Of a stretch of 36,341 nt of DNA, positions 12,155 to 24,909 are shown in pieces. The notes under the pieces are model-generated. The model was given only the letters and a program-made list of their open reading frames with translations, did not search any database and was not told where the DNA came from. The translations under genes were made by a program, and so were the position numbers. How positions within the stretch are numbered: position 1 is the stretch's first letter; every line of letters begins with the position of its first letter. Source of the DNA: Nemertoderma westbladi (lineage: Eukaryota > Animalia > Xenacoelomorpha); the NCBI GenBank assembly GCA_032718475.1, contig JAUCBJ010007979.1, forward strand, positions 1 through 36,341. Reading direction: 5' to 3'.

Positions 12155-15100
12155 GTTCCCCCCAACTACCTTTGACAGACAACCATCTTGGAAACCTCCA
12201 ACTTCCAACGTAGGAATCAGAGAATTTCCTGTAGTTCAGGTAAGAGTTCACGGTCTTAACAAAAGCTACATAGTGAACGCCCTCCTTGACTCCGGCAGCA
12301 CGGGAACATTCATCAATCAAGAACTATTTTTGCTATATTTTTGCTGGACAACCCAAGTTCCGGACTAAATTGAATATGTCAGGAATTATGCAGGTTTGGA
12401 AATCTACCCTAACTGCAGATTACTACGTAGGTGTGTTGTCCACTCCCCAGGATAAGTTAGGAACACAAGGTATAAGGTCAGTAAAAATGGTGGCTATAAA
12501 GAACTTCGCTACTACTCAAGCAGACCTTTATAATTGGGACGAAGATGAGAGCATCCAACATCTTAAGATACCTCGGTTCCAGACAGATTATCCTGGAGTG
12601 CAAATCCTCATCGGCCAAAACGCGCATGAGGCGCTCGAAACATTAGAGAAACGACCTGCTCAACCGCAGCCACTGCAAACCTATGCGGTAAGAACTAGAG
12701 TAGGTTGGTACTTTACTGGCCCTTCCCGCAGGACTCTCGAAGAGAGAATGCCACAAGTACGAGTAGATCATGTGAGCGATTGGAGCGAGGAGAGCAGTGA
12801 GGTGGACGAACTAACTGAGGGAACACCATACTCCTCAGATAACGATGACACTTATCAACTCTTCGATGAGGAGAACACCATAGACTTACTTACAGAAAAC
12901 CAAACTTGGAAAGATCAGGTGAACCTATGTCAACTGATTCACCCATCGGAACCCATCGCTTACAATGATGAACTCAACGATGAGATAGAGCGCTGCAACG
13001 CTAGAACTCGGGACGAACTAGCCGTACGATTCTTTACTCAGGAACTTGTAGAGCCCAATTCGTATGATAAGGCTCTATCGATAGAAGAAGAAAGAGCCAA
13101 GCAAATCCAGGAAACAACTACACGTTTTTTAAAAGATCAAGGTAGGTATGAAATCGGCCTGCCATTTCGAAAACGAGAACCTAGATTTATAAATAACAGA
13201 ACCTTGGCCGAGAAAAGAATCGCTCAATTACATCGACGCCTTACAGCTAATGCTTCGGCGAAAGAAATGTACCAAACTCAGCTGAAGAAATTTATAACAA
13301 AGGGATACGCGGAGCGAGTACCGGAAGGAACACCAGTGACTGAGAGAACGTATTACTTAACACATCATTACGTTCCCAAACCCGGTAAGCCCCATGAAGT
13401 ACGAGTCGTATTCGATGGCTCTGCTCTATATATGGGCCAATCCCTTAATTCCGAGTTGTTACCAGGACCCAATTTACTCCAATCTTTGTTGGGAATACTT
13501 TTGAGATTAAGACAATATTCCATCGCGTTCGCTTCCGATATCGAAGGAATGTTCTTACAAGTCAAGGCGCTGGAGAGAGATAGAGACAGCCTGAGATTTC
13601 TGTGGTGGCCTGAAGGAGACCTCAACCAGAAACCGGTAGAGTACTGGATGACCATCCAGGCTTTTGGGATCATATCTAGCCCTTCCAACGCCTGCTCCGT
13701 GGTGCGAACCACTGCGAATGACAACCGAGACTCCTTCTCCAAAGAAGTGATAGACAACATAAAACGCAATATATACATGGACGACAATTTAAGGTCCCTT
13801 CCATCAGTAGAAGAAGCCATAGCTGTCGCGAAAGGAACGGTAGAGTGTTTGAAAAGAGGTGGATTTCGACTGACGAAATTCACTAGTAACTCCCGTGAGT
13901 TTCTGGAAGCCATACCGGTAGAGGATCGCGGAGCGAAAGACCTAGACTTAATAAAGGACGATCTTCCTGAAACCAAGACGCTAGGCTTGAAGTGGGACAC
14001 TGAAAGAGACATCCTGTTTTTTCAGCTAAAACAGCGAGATAATCCAGTCCGGACCAAACGGATTTGTTTAAGTATCCTGAGCACTTATTTCGACCCATTG
14101 GGATTTATTAGCCCAGTTATATTGATTGCTCGGAGTTTAGTACAACAGATGTGGCTTGAAAACCACTCATGGGATGATCCGCTTAAGGGAGAACTGTTGA
14201 AGAAATGGATGAAATGGGAAGATTCTCTACCTGCCATCGAGAACTTTATAATTTCCCGTGCATATTTTGGACACGTTCTTCCAACGTATTCCTATCAACT
14301 CCATGTGTTTGGAGACGCCAGCGACATGGGAATAGGTATAGTAGCATATCTGAGAGTCGAAACTCCGGATGGGATCAAAGTCGCCTTGGTTACCTCTAAG
14401 GCACTGATTAACAACAAGTTAAAGGTTCCTCGAGCGGAGTTAAAAGCGGCTTTATACGCTACAGCCATCGGCCGGAACGTAACGGAACAAATCGATTACC
14501 CACTGGAGAAAACGGTTTATTGGACCGACGCTTTACTCGTGTTGGAATATCTAACCAATGAAGTCTGTCAGTTCAGCGTTTTTGTTACTAACAGGGTAGC
14601 TATTATTCTTAGTCGCACAAAGATAGATCAATGGAGACATTGCCCTGGTACGATTAATCCAGCCGATATCGCCTCCAGGGGAGCAACTCCACAGGAACTG
14701 ATAGATACTCCAGATTGGTTGGGTGGACCCGACTTCCTGAGCAAGGAAGAGGACGAATGGCCTCCTCACCTTACTACGGCGGAAATTAAACAAGCCAAGG
14801 GAGCGGAGACCGTCAAACCTAAAACCCGGGCGAGTAAATCGAAGTTATTTAAACCGACTATCGATCTATCTGTATTACATGTTTCCGGAAACGATGATTT
14901 GGATCCACAATCCCTCGCTATAAATAAGTCTGTTGCGGAAATTCGAGATAGAGATTGGAAATCTGGAATACCAGACGTCTCGCAAGGAATCTCACCCCTG
15001 CTGCAGAGAGCGATGCATCACTACAGTTCCTGGAATCGGCTCTGTAAAGCCGTCACATATTTAAAGAGATGCTTTCATCATCAATACTCCAGGGCGAAGA

Positions 15101-16659
15101 CCACCAGTGATAACGCTCCATTGACATCCGCACAAGTTCATGTTATTAAAAACTTACCTAAATATAAGATATCTGACAGTTTTCTAAAGGAGAAAATTAG
15201 TCACCAGGAGCATGAAGAGACTAATAAACAGATACTGAGACTCCTGCAATGCTATGAGGATTCCGAAAAGTATTTCCTGTTGTTGAGAAATCCGCAGATG
15301 CGCTTAAGGGATCGATTCTCTAGCACAATGATAGATGGGTTAATACGTGTTGGAGGAAGGTTAACCAATGCACCCTTATCCTTTGACACTAAATTCCCCA
15401 TACTCATTAGAAATCTTGAAGTACAAATCAAGATGATTGTAGATGTTCACAGTAAGCTTTATCATGCTGGAAGAGAACGAGTTCTTAGCGAAATTCGAAC
15501 TCGCTATTATTTTGATAAACCCCGTAGAGCTCTGAACCAAGTTCTTAGGAACTGCATACCCTGTAGGAAAGCATTCAGTAGGCCTTTAACACAGCGAGAG
15601 GCAGAATTACCTAGGGAACGAGTAAGCTTCTATGAACCACCTTTTACTAATACTGGTGTAGATTTATTTGGCCCTATTGAAGTATATCGTGCGAGGACTA
15701 TAGTCAAGAGATGGTGTGTCATCTTCGTGTGCATGACTTGCAGAGCCATCCATCTCGATATGGTGAACGATCTATCTACCAACAGTTTCGTCTTAAGTTT
15801 ACGACGACAGATCGCTCGCTTCGGTACGAGTAATACCATGAGATCGGACAAGGGAACGAACTTCATTGGTGCCAACAACGAAATACAGGCTTACGTAAAG
15901 GACTGGAACCAAAGACAGGTGGATGACCAGCTAAGGATAACAGCGTCTAGCTGGACCTTCAACGCCGCCGACGCCCCTTGGTGGGGAGGAAGTTGGGAGA
16001 GATTAATTAGAAGTGTTAAGACCGCATTTCACTTTATAGTGCCATGCCGTGCGTATCTCACCGACGAACTTTTGCGGACGTTAATGGAGGAAATAGCTGC
16101 CTATCTCAACGAGAGACCGCTTATGCCAGTCTCATCGAGTCCCGATTCCCTGGAAGCGCTAACACCTGCGCATTTCCTACTGAAGAAACCGGTAGCCATG
16201 CTCCCACGATCGGAGATTGCCGACGGAGACGAATACTGCCGTCGAACTTGGCAACTTATGCAGTTGCTATCCCGTCGTTTCGCTGACCATTTCGAGAAAC
16301 ATTACCTGCCCACGCTACAACTTCGAACTAAGTGGTTTGCGCAGCAGGAAAACGTCAGCGCCGGAGATATGGTACTTATTGTAGATCCAGACCTCCCACG
16401 TAAACGGTGGCAGACAGGTCGTATCATCGAGACCCATATTTCGGAGGATGGTTTAGTGCGTTCAGTAGAACTCATCATTATGCGGCGTAATTTCAAGAAG
16501 CCCGGTATAATCTTTGAGATGCAACAACTCAATCGCCCAGTTGGTCGTTTATGTTTACTGGAAAGAGACAGAGAACTCTCTGGAAACTATGGAAGACAAG
16601 ACACTCTTCCCACGACCACCTCCCTAATTCCTCAAACATCTAGGGACTCCCAAACGTGA
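12102..16659 (+). CDS. pol: BEL/Pao Pol: aspartic protease (frameshifted), RT, RNase H, integrase
   Basis: PR NALLDSGSTGTFI lies in the 12102-12368 frame. RT motifs VRVVFDGS, ASDIEGMFLQV, YMDD. RNase H motifs LHVFGDAS, PRAELKAA, YWTD, NPADIASRG. IN motifs H..H..CIPC, GVDLFGP, SDKGTNF, GGSWERLIRSVK. C-terminal YLPTLQLRTKW..DGLVRSV. Confidence 0.95.
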
Positions 16660-18277
16660 TACGTCTGGAGTGGGTGTATGACTATGTTATTTATCTATTT
16701 TATTACATTTTATATGCGAACTTTATTATGTACTTTATTATAATCGTTTTTATTCAATTTTTATTTAGTAGAATGTTATTTTAGGGATTATTTAGTAGAT
16801 TAGTGCAATATATTAGTGTTTATTACGTACATAATTACTTATAATATATATTTAGTGCGACGGCGAGAAATAATTATTTTTCTCTTCCCTTACTGTCCGT
16901 ATCATATTATAAATACGTGACTACAGTAAGATGAAATGTCCGTACTTCTTAAAGTACAATAAAGCCACTACTATATTTAAGTATTATTGGTAGGCAGAGT
17001 ATTAGGAATGCAAAGTTCAGATCCTCGTGTCTCGGCTAAACCAAGCTCTGGGTAGACCTTGGAAACGACTTGCCTCTTCACACTGACATTGCTTCGTGCG
17101 ATATTGCTCTTCTACCTTATAACAAATAATACATATAGTAGCGTGATGTCCCTCTAACAGTAGCGTAAATCGCAAATAAATCTGTTAAACTTTTTGACCA
17201 TCTGTAATTCTAGTCGATTAAGATATCGTGGCACCCACTGATATACTTGAAAGACAAATTCTAGAATCAGTGGTTAACGTCCCCAGACAAGTTCTGGAAT
17301 AAATCGGTGCCCATCCTAAATATTAATTTAATATTTATTAAAATCTGTAAAATTCCGATCCTTTAAAATTTCTAGTCAATTAAAATATCGCAGTATTTAC
17401 CGATATTCTTAAAAGGACGATTTTATAGAATTAAGGATCCTGAGTTCCCAGACATGCGCTGGAATAAAATTTGTGTCAATTTAACATCAAATAATAAAAT
17501 TCACGGGAATAAATTTAAATTCATATTCAAATGAATTTCATAAATTGTCATTTTTTGCAATTTATAACATTCCCAAAATTCCAGTAATTAATAGATCATG
17601 GGAGCGGAGATTCATATTGAGTGTATTAAAGTGCGAGAATCTCCAACATATAGTCAATAGCCGATAAAATTTATAAAATCATGCATAAAGAGGGTATTGA
17701 CAACTAAAGAATTACTATTAAATAACATCCCAGATCTGTATGCATGAGAATTACCCTAATTCTACCGCTAGTTTTCCATAATGTCACCATGGCAACACCC
17801 ACGCTAGAATTAGAAGCAAGTTGAAGGAACAATAAAAGCCTTGCCCATTGCGTAGCCTAAGAGGATACATAGCGCACTATTAGTATCCAAGGATACATAG
17901 TAATAACGTGACATTCTGGAAGACTGACTAACGAACAAATGGCCTGCATGTGTGCAGTAAGTAATGATTGTATGGAATTTGTGCGTTTATAGGTGAATGT
18001 TACTACTAAAGTGTGTTTACAGTAGCTAATCGCAATTGTAAAGTAGCCCTAACTCTACCGAGATAACCTCAAGTGGATTCAAGCTTTTGGGACGGACAGT
18101 GGTGGGACTTGTGCTGGTTATCGTTGTCGTGCTGTTGCTACATGTTGGCATAAACACCGCGACAACGGTACATCGGCGCTGAGAAACCCACTGTCCGGGG
18201 GCAAAGCCTAGTAGGCAGCGACGCCCGCTTGCCTAAATATTAACTCATATTGATATTAATAAACTCAGATAGCAGAT

Positions 18278-19726
18278 ATGACGGAATTGATAGAAGATGA
18301 CCTTGGTATTAGAGAGCGATATACTCTACCTTTACAAGCGTTTGTGGATAGCTTGATAAGCGGTGAAGCCGATCCGACTATTACGGAGGACGATGGTCGT
18401 TATATCGAACCGCCGATGTCCCAAGAGCAACTTACGCGTGAATTGGACTATCGAAAATTAACCGCTCGCTATACGCATCGTAATGGTACGTATATGGACT
18501 TCTTAACTACCGGCCATCCTATCGATTTACATGATACGGACGATGTAGACACCGAAAGGGAAATGGTTCTATTTAAATATCATACCCAGCGGCGTCGTAA
18601 CGATAAACCGAGAATAGATCACGAAAATTCTATTCGTAACAGACTGGGAAGACGAACCAATATGTCTAGAATCTGAGGAGATTCAGCCTATCGCGCTCGG
18701 AACAGCGACGACGATTACATCCTAGAATGGTATCAAGGTCCACAGTGTCTCACTGCGTACGATTATCGCCATGCCAACTATGTTTCTCGGCAACATTGTC
18801 GGTTATGCGCATCGAGAGACCATGTTACGCCCATGGACACAAACGTCCGCTGTTCCTATTTCCACGAACAACCGGCGATGGAAATTTATTGCGCGTATTG
18901 CAGATTTAATAATTTGCACATTTTTGCGGTTTGCCCTCAATTTATGACTCAATGTCACCATTGTCAACTAAAGGGACATGCCAGTTTCGATTGCCCTTTT
19001 AATCACGATTTGGAAAGCGTAGATGAAATGATCACACTACGTTACATCAGAGCTTGGGAAGCGAACACTGATTTACATTGTGATTCGCGCCATCGCTATT
19101 ATCCCGGACGCGCTTACGAAGGAGTTTATGCGTTACATCCTTATCTATTCGCTTCAGTTGAACAGAAATCACGCATATCAAGTTACGAGCTACTGAAGCG
19201 CGTCGGAGAATGTATTTCAACCAAATTCGTACGCAAATTTCTCAGGAGTGTTAATCCTAGCGACCTTCATTCCTATAACTTAATCAATCATATCCGTCAG
19301 GATCCGGACTATGGAGAATTGTTTGTTAACTCACACCCTGAGTTACAGGAAGTATATCGACGGCCTTACGAATACCGAGCCCGCGAACGCGAGTTGGAGA
19401 GGACCATTAAACCAAGGAAGTTTCTAACTGCCTATGGTCCACCCACGGCCCTCGTTCAGACCACTCGTAAAGGACCCGTAAGAGCGGCTGTCTTGAAACG
19501 AGCTCTCAAAGCCGTTAGACCCCTCTCCCCGGACGTTGATGTCAATCAACCCGGTACTTCGACCGGCGGATATACCGATCGTAATCCCATACCTTCTGAT
19601 GCAATCATATTGCACCCTTCACCCAGGAGTTATAGCCCTCCTCGTAAAGTGGCTCGCCCCAAAGAGAAAAGGACTCTTGCTAACTTTAAAAAACTGCGTA
19701 AACGCCGTCCGCGCAAGAAAGACTAA
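18278..19726 (+). CDS. Accessory ORF3 of the retroelement: ~482-codon zinc-knuckle protein with a basic C-terminus, interrupted by one TGA at 18674-18676
   Basis: ORFs 18278..18676 and 18833..19726 share a frame, and 18677-18832 is stop-free. Motifs CRLCASRDH..C, CAYCRFNNLHIFAVC and CHHCQLKGHASFDC. It ends KKLRKRRPRKKD. Confidence 0.75.
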
Positions 19727-19795
19727 CTGTTTAGAGTATTTTTATATTTTAGAAACTGTGATTTTGTATATTTTATAGACTTAAATCCCATTTTC

Positions 19796-19804
19796 TGGGA
19801 GCGG
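19796..19804 (+). promoter_or_regulatory. Polypurine tract (TGGGAGCGG)
   Basis: Short purine-rich run immediately 5' of the TG of the 3' LTR. Confidence 0.7.
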
Positions 19805-21012
19805 TGTAAAAGCTTTTGTGGGATAACTGATTCGTTTGCCTTGCTGGCCAGTTCCCCCCCGGTCGCTAGAATACTCTAAAAGGGATCTATAACTAAAATA
19901 GTGCAAGCTACCAGCTTATTGGCTGATGTGCTGTACGAAGGTATCTGGGTTCTGTTCGATCGGCCAACCAGCTTAGGGAGGTTGCCTCAGCCCTGCTGTC
20001 CGCATCGGCCAATAGAATTTGAGTGGGCGTTGATTTTGACCTATCCCAGAGCTACTGAACTGAATTTTCCTATCTCACTGCTCATCCTCTGTGTTGGGCG
20101 GGAGCTTCGGGGAATAAGGGTAGTTGGTATCCTCGTATAGTTATCTAGTCATATGATTCTTTATATGATTCTGTTGTTGTGTTCCCATTTTTCGCCAGAC
20201 CACCGGCTTTTGGGAAGAACTCTAGTAAAACTGCTTAAATTATCGAAAGTATAACTGTTATCCTACCTAATCAATCAATCAACCAACTAGTCTCACTCAA
20301 TTAATTTAACTGCACTAATCATATTGTTTGTACTGTTATTTACCGTCAGTTATTAATTGTATCTATTTGTTGATGAAATATTCCCCTTTGGAGAATACGG
20401 ATAAATCACCCAAATTTCCCAATTTTCTTGATACACTACAGGTTAGAGAGACAGGCTATATATAACAATTGCGATTTATATCAATGTGGTGTGTATTGAA
20501 TCTAATGTTATTTAGCAGACCCTACATGAGTCAATTGCTGCTCTCTTTATGTGTGATCAAATTTACTGACGGTCGGCAGAATAGTGTGCATGATTGTGAT
20601 TGGTAACAAAGCATTTCCTAAAGAATGCGCCTTATACTTTAATCATAAGCAGTATCGTTGCGTTTAGTATAAGTCCTAGTTCTGTTTAAATAGATAGAGC
20701 GCCACGTCCTAAAGGAACTGTTAATATTTCCCGAAAGCCAATAATATCTGTCAGAAATTAATTATTAACGATCTATCGAATAATACAATAGGTTTACACT
20801 GCAACCTTACACTGCAATAATAAAATTTAAGCAGCCGAATTCAGCCTCCCGGGTGTAGATCCATCGGGTGAATGATCGCGCATGGGCTGGCTTCGGTTAA
20901 TGTTTTGTTTATTAGCATAAAATATTGTCGTATGCTAAAGGTGTTTTAATTAACTAAAAGACATATAAATTTTGGCAGGTTAAACTGCTAAAGGTCTTCA
21001 AAAGCGCGAACA
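19805..21012 (+). repeat. 3' LTR (1208 bp)
   Basis: Copy of 5123-6330. Differences seen at 5416 A/20098 G and 5690 A/20372 G. Followed by the TSD ATATT. Confidence 0.97.
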
Positions 21013-24000
21013 ATATTAGTTGTGGACTTCTGGCTGGCCACAAATGGGAAATACATTGCTCTCTTGTAAGGAGAAGTAATTGATTCGAGTCACAATTAAT
21101 TATGTCATAGGGAGTACATGAGTCAGTGGGCTCTGCTATTTGCTGTATATTAGCTTGGGGTGCCTTGTATTCCGACAGCGACAGACCACTAACAAAGTAA
21201 AGGTATACAATAGCATGTGTAATGGCTCTTAGCTTAGCCCGACCCAGCATGTAAAACCAATTATCTGCTGTGGAATGGGATTCCCCGAAATTTACTAAAA
21301 GTCTTCCCAAGAAATTAGACAGCCAACTAACCCACACACAGGAGGCCGTGGCCTCCTGGCACTGGGCTGGCCTGGTCACAAGGAACTATGCAGGTAGTAA
21401 TGTGTACTGCAGTCATACAGGTTTAATGCCACTAGTAATCAGAAGATAGCTCGAAGATGATTGGTCAACAGGTCAACGTATTTAACATCAAATGGTGCTA
21501 TACAGCTCTAATATAATATTATATGGGCCAATATAATATTATGCAAGGGTGCTGCATCATTACTACAGTAGTACTGTAGTATTCCCTATTGTGTGTGTAA
21601 ATTATAAACTACAGTTTGCGTTCAAATATTTATTCAAACATTTTTTAAAATTACAATAGTAGTCTAAAAGTTTTATTGCACATATCTATCTGCATTGCAT
21701 GCTGTGGTACGGCACGGCTGTTACTGTGTTATGGATCCATCAAATCCAGCGAAAAATAGGAAAGTAACTGATTTCTTTTCACCTGCAACTGAAATAGATA
21801 TTGTTGAAGATGTGGAACTGGAGTTATTAATTCTAATCTGAACACAATCTGGGAAGATATTCAGTATCCAGTATCGACCACCTCACCCAGCGCCATCCCC
21901 GGTAAGAGAAAGGGCTTCATCTTTCCAGATATTGGGCTAGTCAAAACTTTGTCCTATCCGAGAAGTTAGCCGTACTTGATACACTCATGGGTATTTTTAT
22001 TACTTTCACCCCCACCCCCCCCCCCCCCCCCCCCTCCCCTCTCCCGCCCTATCTGGCTTTATAATATTCCAATTTTTTGTAATACAGTAATATAAGCCTA
22101 CATTTGATTTATTGTCTTTATTGTTATTGTCTTTAGTGTTTAAATAGATAATAATAATAAATATTCAATTGAAATAAGTGAAATCAATAATAATGTTCAA
22201 AGATATACTATCATTTTTCTCCTGAGCCACTAGAAATAAAAATTCATCCCTCTCCATGGGAAATTGGACGCAAATAATAGCTGATTTAGGCCTACCTCAA
22301 AAATAAAACTATAACCTGTTATATTGTGTTTAGTTTATTGTTTTGGTTAATATAACGTTCCACCAATGTAACCTGCTCCTTCCCCTAAATTAAGAATTTA
22401 ACATTGAGGTGGGATATTAATTCACCAAGGCGGGTTTCGCGTCCAGTCCCCCCCCCCCCGGACAAGTCAACTTATGGAGCATATTTTTGGAAATTTTCTC
22501 GCCCCTGATTTATGCCCCCCCCGGCTAGGTGACCTCTGGATCCGCCCCTGTAAATGTACCTACAGTTGTAGTCCCTCCCTCCTAGCGTCTGACAGAGGAA
22601 ATATAGAAATACGTCTGTCTGTGAGTAGAATTTCTAAACTAGTACATGTTTACCATGCTTAGGTTCGATTTCATCAATGATCGGCTGACTTATTTTGCGA
22701 CTACAGGCGGTCCACTAATTATAGGGCCTACCGATACACAAAGCCTCAGCTTGACCTCGTGGCTCACCTTGTAAGCGCGAAGCGAGCGGAATTTTTTAAA
22801 AACCTGTTTATACTTTTGTGAATGATAAGTGCGGGATTAAGGGTCTAATCCTCGATACCAAAAAAATATAAATATTAAATTTAATTATTATTTCCAATAC
22901 GCATTTCGGGGCTATTTAAAAACAAAACATAACAATTTTAAATAAAATAATTTAAATGATTTACGACAATATACTGAATGCAACCATGACGCATCGGAAA
23001 GCATCGGTCAACCATCTACGTTTATACAATATAAAAAAAATAAAAAATAAATATATAAAATGGAAGTTAGATTCCGAGTGGGATCCTTTTTATTGAATAC
23101 TTTTGGATTACAAATCAACTCTTACAGTAGGTTTATTTTTTAAATTTGGGGGCCCAAATTTCTGCTATTTGCAAATTTCTGGGAGATGCCCAGGGGGCTC
23201 GGAACGACAATCAGTCTATAAGTTGTCTGGTTTCCTGCATATCAAGCGGACAGCTGACTCGGATAGCCCGGTGTGTGGGCACAAAGCAAGGAAAAGGACT
23301 TCCACTTCCCTCCAATGCTAATAAAATAGTTTTTTGTCCAATGATAGTGAATTACACTTATTTCACGTCAGATATAAAGGGGGCCCGGATTTTCCACAAT
23401 TGTGTTGCCCCGGGCCCGGTTTTTCTTCTCGACGGCCATGCCGGTACTGTACAGTATGACACATTGCGCGCACGAGTATCCACCCCCGAAAGTTTGACAC
23501 TACTGTACAGTATGTATGTAGATGTGTTTTATTGAAGTTGGATGTGTTGCAGCAAACGTGAATTTTTGCGTCTTAATTTACTTATTTTTTACATGTTTTT
23601 TGACCTGAAATTTTGTCCTTTATATGTTTTCTGGCTTAAGATATTTTTACCCGGCTAAATATGTTTCTTGCCCTTTTGTTCTAAAATTAACATAATATTG
23701 ATTTCTTAAACTTATGGGTTCTCAATTGCATCCATTTATTCAACAGTTAAGCCAGTTAAGCCGATATTATTTTTATTAGTTTATTAACTAATTTATATCA
23801 ATCTGTACAGTATTTATGTAAAACATCGCTGCATGCCGTCAGATTTCACACTCGCTCACTGCTTTTGGGCTCAATCGAAGCGTATTTGCGCGATACATAA
23901 AACTGCCGCTGTGTTTTGTTTTACGCGCTTGTATGCGCGAATAGGTATTTCGTGGTCGATGCAATATTTTCTCATAATGAACTTATTTATTCGATTATGC

Positions 24001-24909
24001 CTTTACACTGTATTCGCTGGGCCAATCAGAAGGCCGGAATCTAGCCTGTTACACAAGCCAGTTAAATGGAGTATAGCTTTAAGTGCTGCTTGGGTCCCGT
24101 GGGAAATTTGAATTTCACTAAAAATGAAACTGCCTCTTTCAGTCTTTATCTGTTCATACTCTGATCCAGATACTGCATACCTGCATACTGCAGTACTGTC
24201 ATAGCAGTTCACAGTTGTGTGATTTCTCCGCTAGCTCAGGATTGAAAGATCGACATTATGAAATGTGGGGAGCAGTTACTAATAAAACAGAATAAATAAT
24301 AAATCACTAACTTTCTGCCTCAAATAGAGGCCTTCTTTCTGTCTTTACAGCTTTAAGTGAATCGTGAATGTAAATGCTGAAATGTAATCAGTAATAGCCT
24401 GATAGCCTATTGTCTTGTAATAACTGAATACCGGTACCGGTACTACTGAACCGTACCGGTACCTGGGTACTGTCATACGGTAGCTAAGCTAGGTAGAAAC
24501 GCCGGTACCGGTACTGAGTTAGTTCCCGATTCAGACCCGGGGTCGCCAGGTCGCGGGGGATGGACCTTATTCCTGTATTCACAAAGCCGGGGTACAGGGG
24601 TACAGCCAGACAGCAGTATTAGGCCTACAGTATTACAGTATTAGGCCCTATTCAGTTATTATAAATTACTGAATTAGGCTAGCCTTTCAGCCTTTAGTGT
24701 ATGTGCGTGTGCTGTGCTGGTGTGGGTTGTAGGTAGGTGGGTAGGTGCTGCCAGGCTGTGTGCTGTGCTGTGGTTTGTGTTATTATTATAACAATTATAG
24801 GCCTAATACTGCAGTACTGTAATAATAATAATAATTGTTTGGTGTCATTAATCTGGTATTTTATTTTACGTTCCGGTAGGGTAGGCTAATCATAGGTAAA
24901 TATCTGAAT

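Larger units (their letters stand above)
5123..21012 (+). mobile_element. Full-length BEL/Pao (Belpaoviridae) LTR retrotransposon, 15,890 bp
   Basis: Paired 1208-bp LTRs with TG...CA ends. ATATT TSD at 5118-5122 and 21013-21017. Gag (three Cys/His knuckles)-PR-RT-RH-IN order with BEL-type motifs. Confidence 0.97.

Noticed and set aside
9632-16532. Antisense and alternative-frame ORFs over gag-pol
   Set aside because: Shadows of the main coding frame and of the AEAERKA repeat.
18278-19726. ORF3 as an env gene
   Set aside because: No signal peptide or TM anchor; the Cys/His spacing is zinc-knuckle type.
20954-21379. 141-aa minus-strand ORF crossing the 3' LTR end
   Set aside because: It spans the insertion junction, has a non-ATG start and no recognisable domain.
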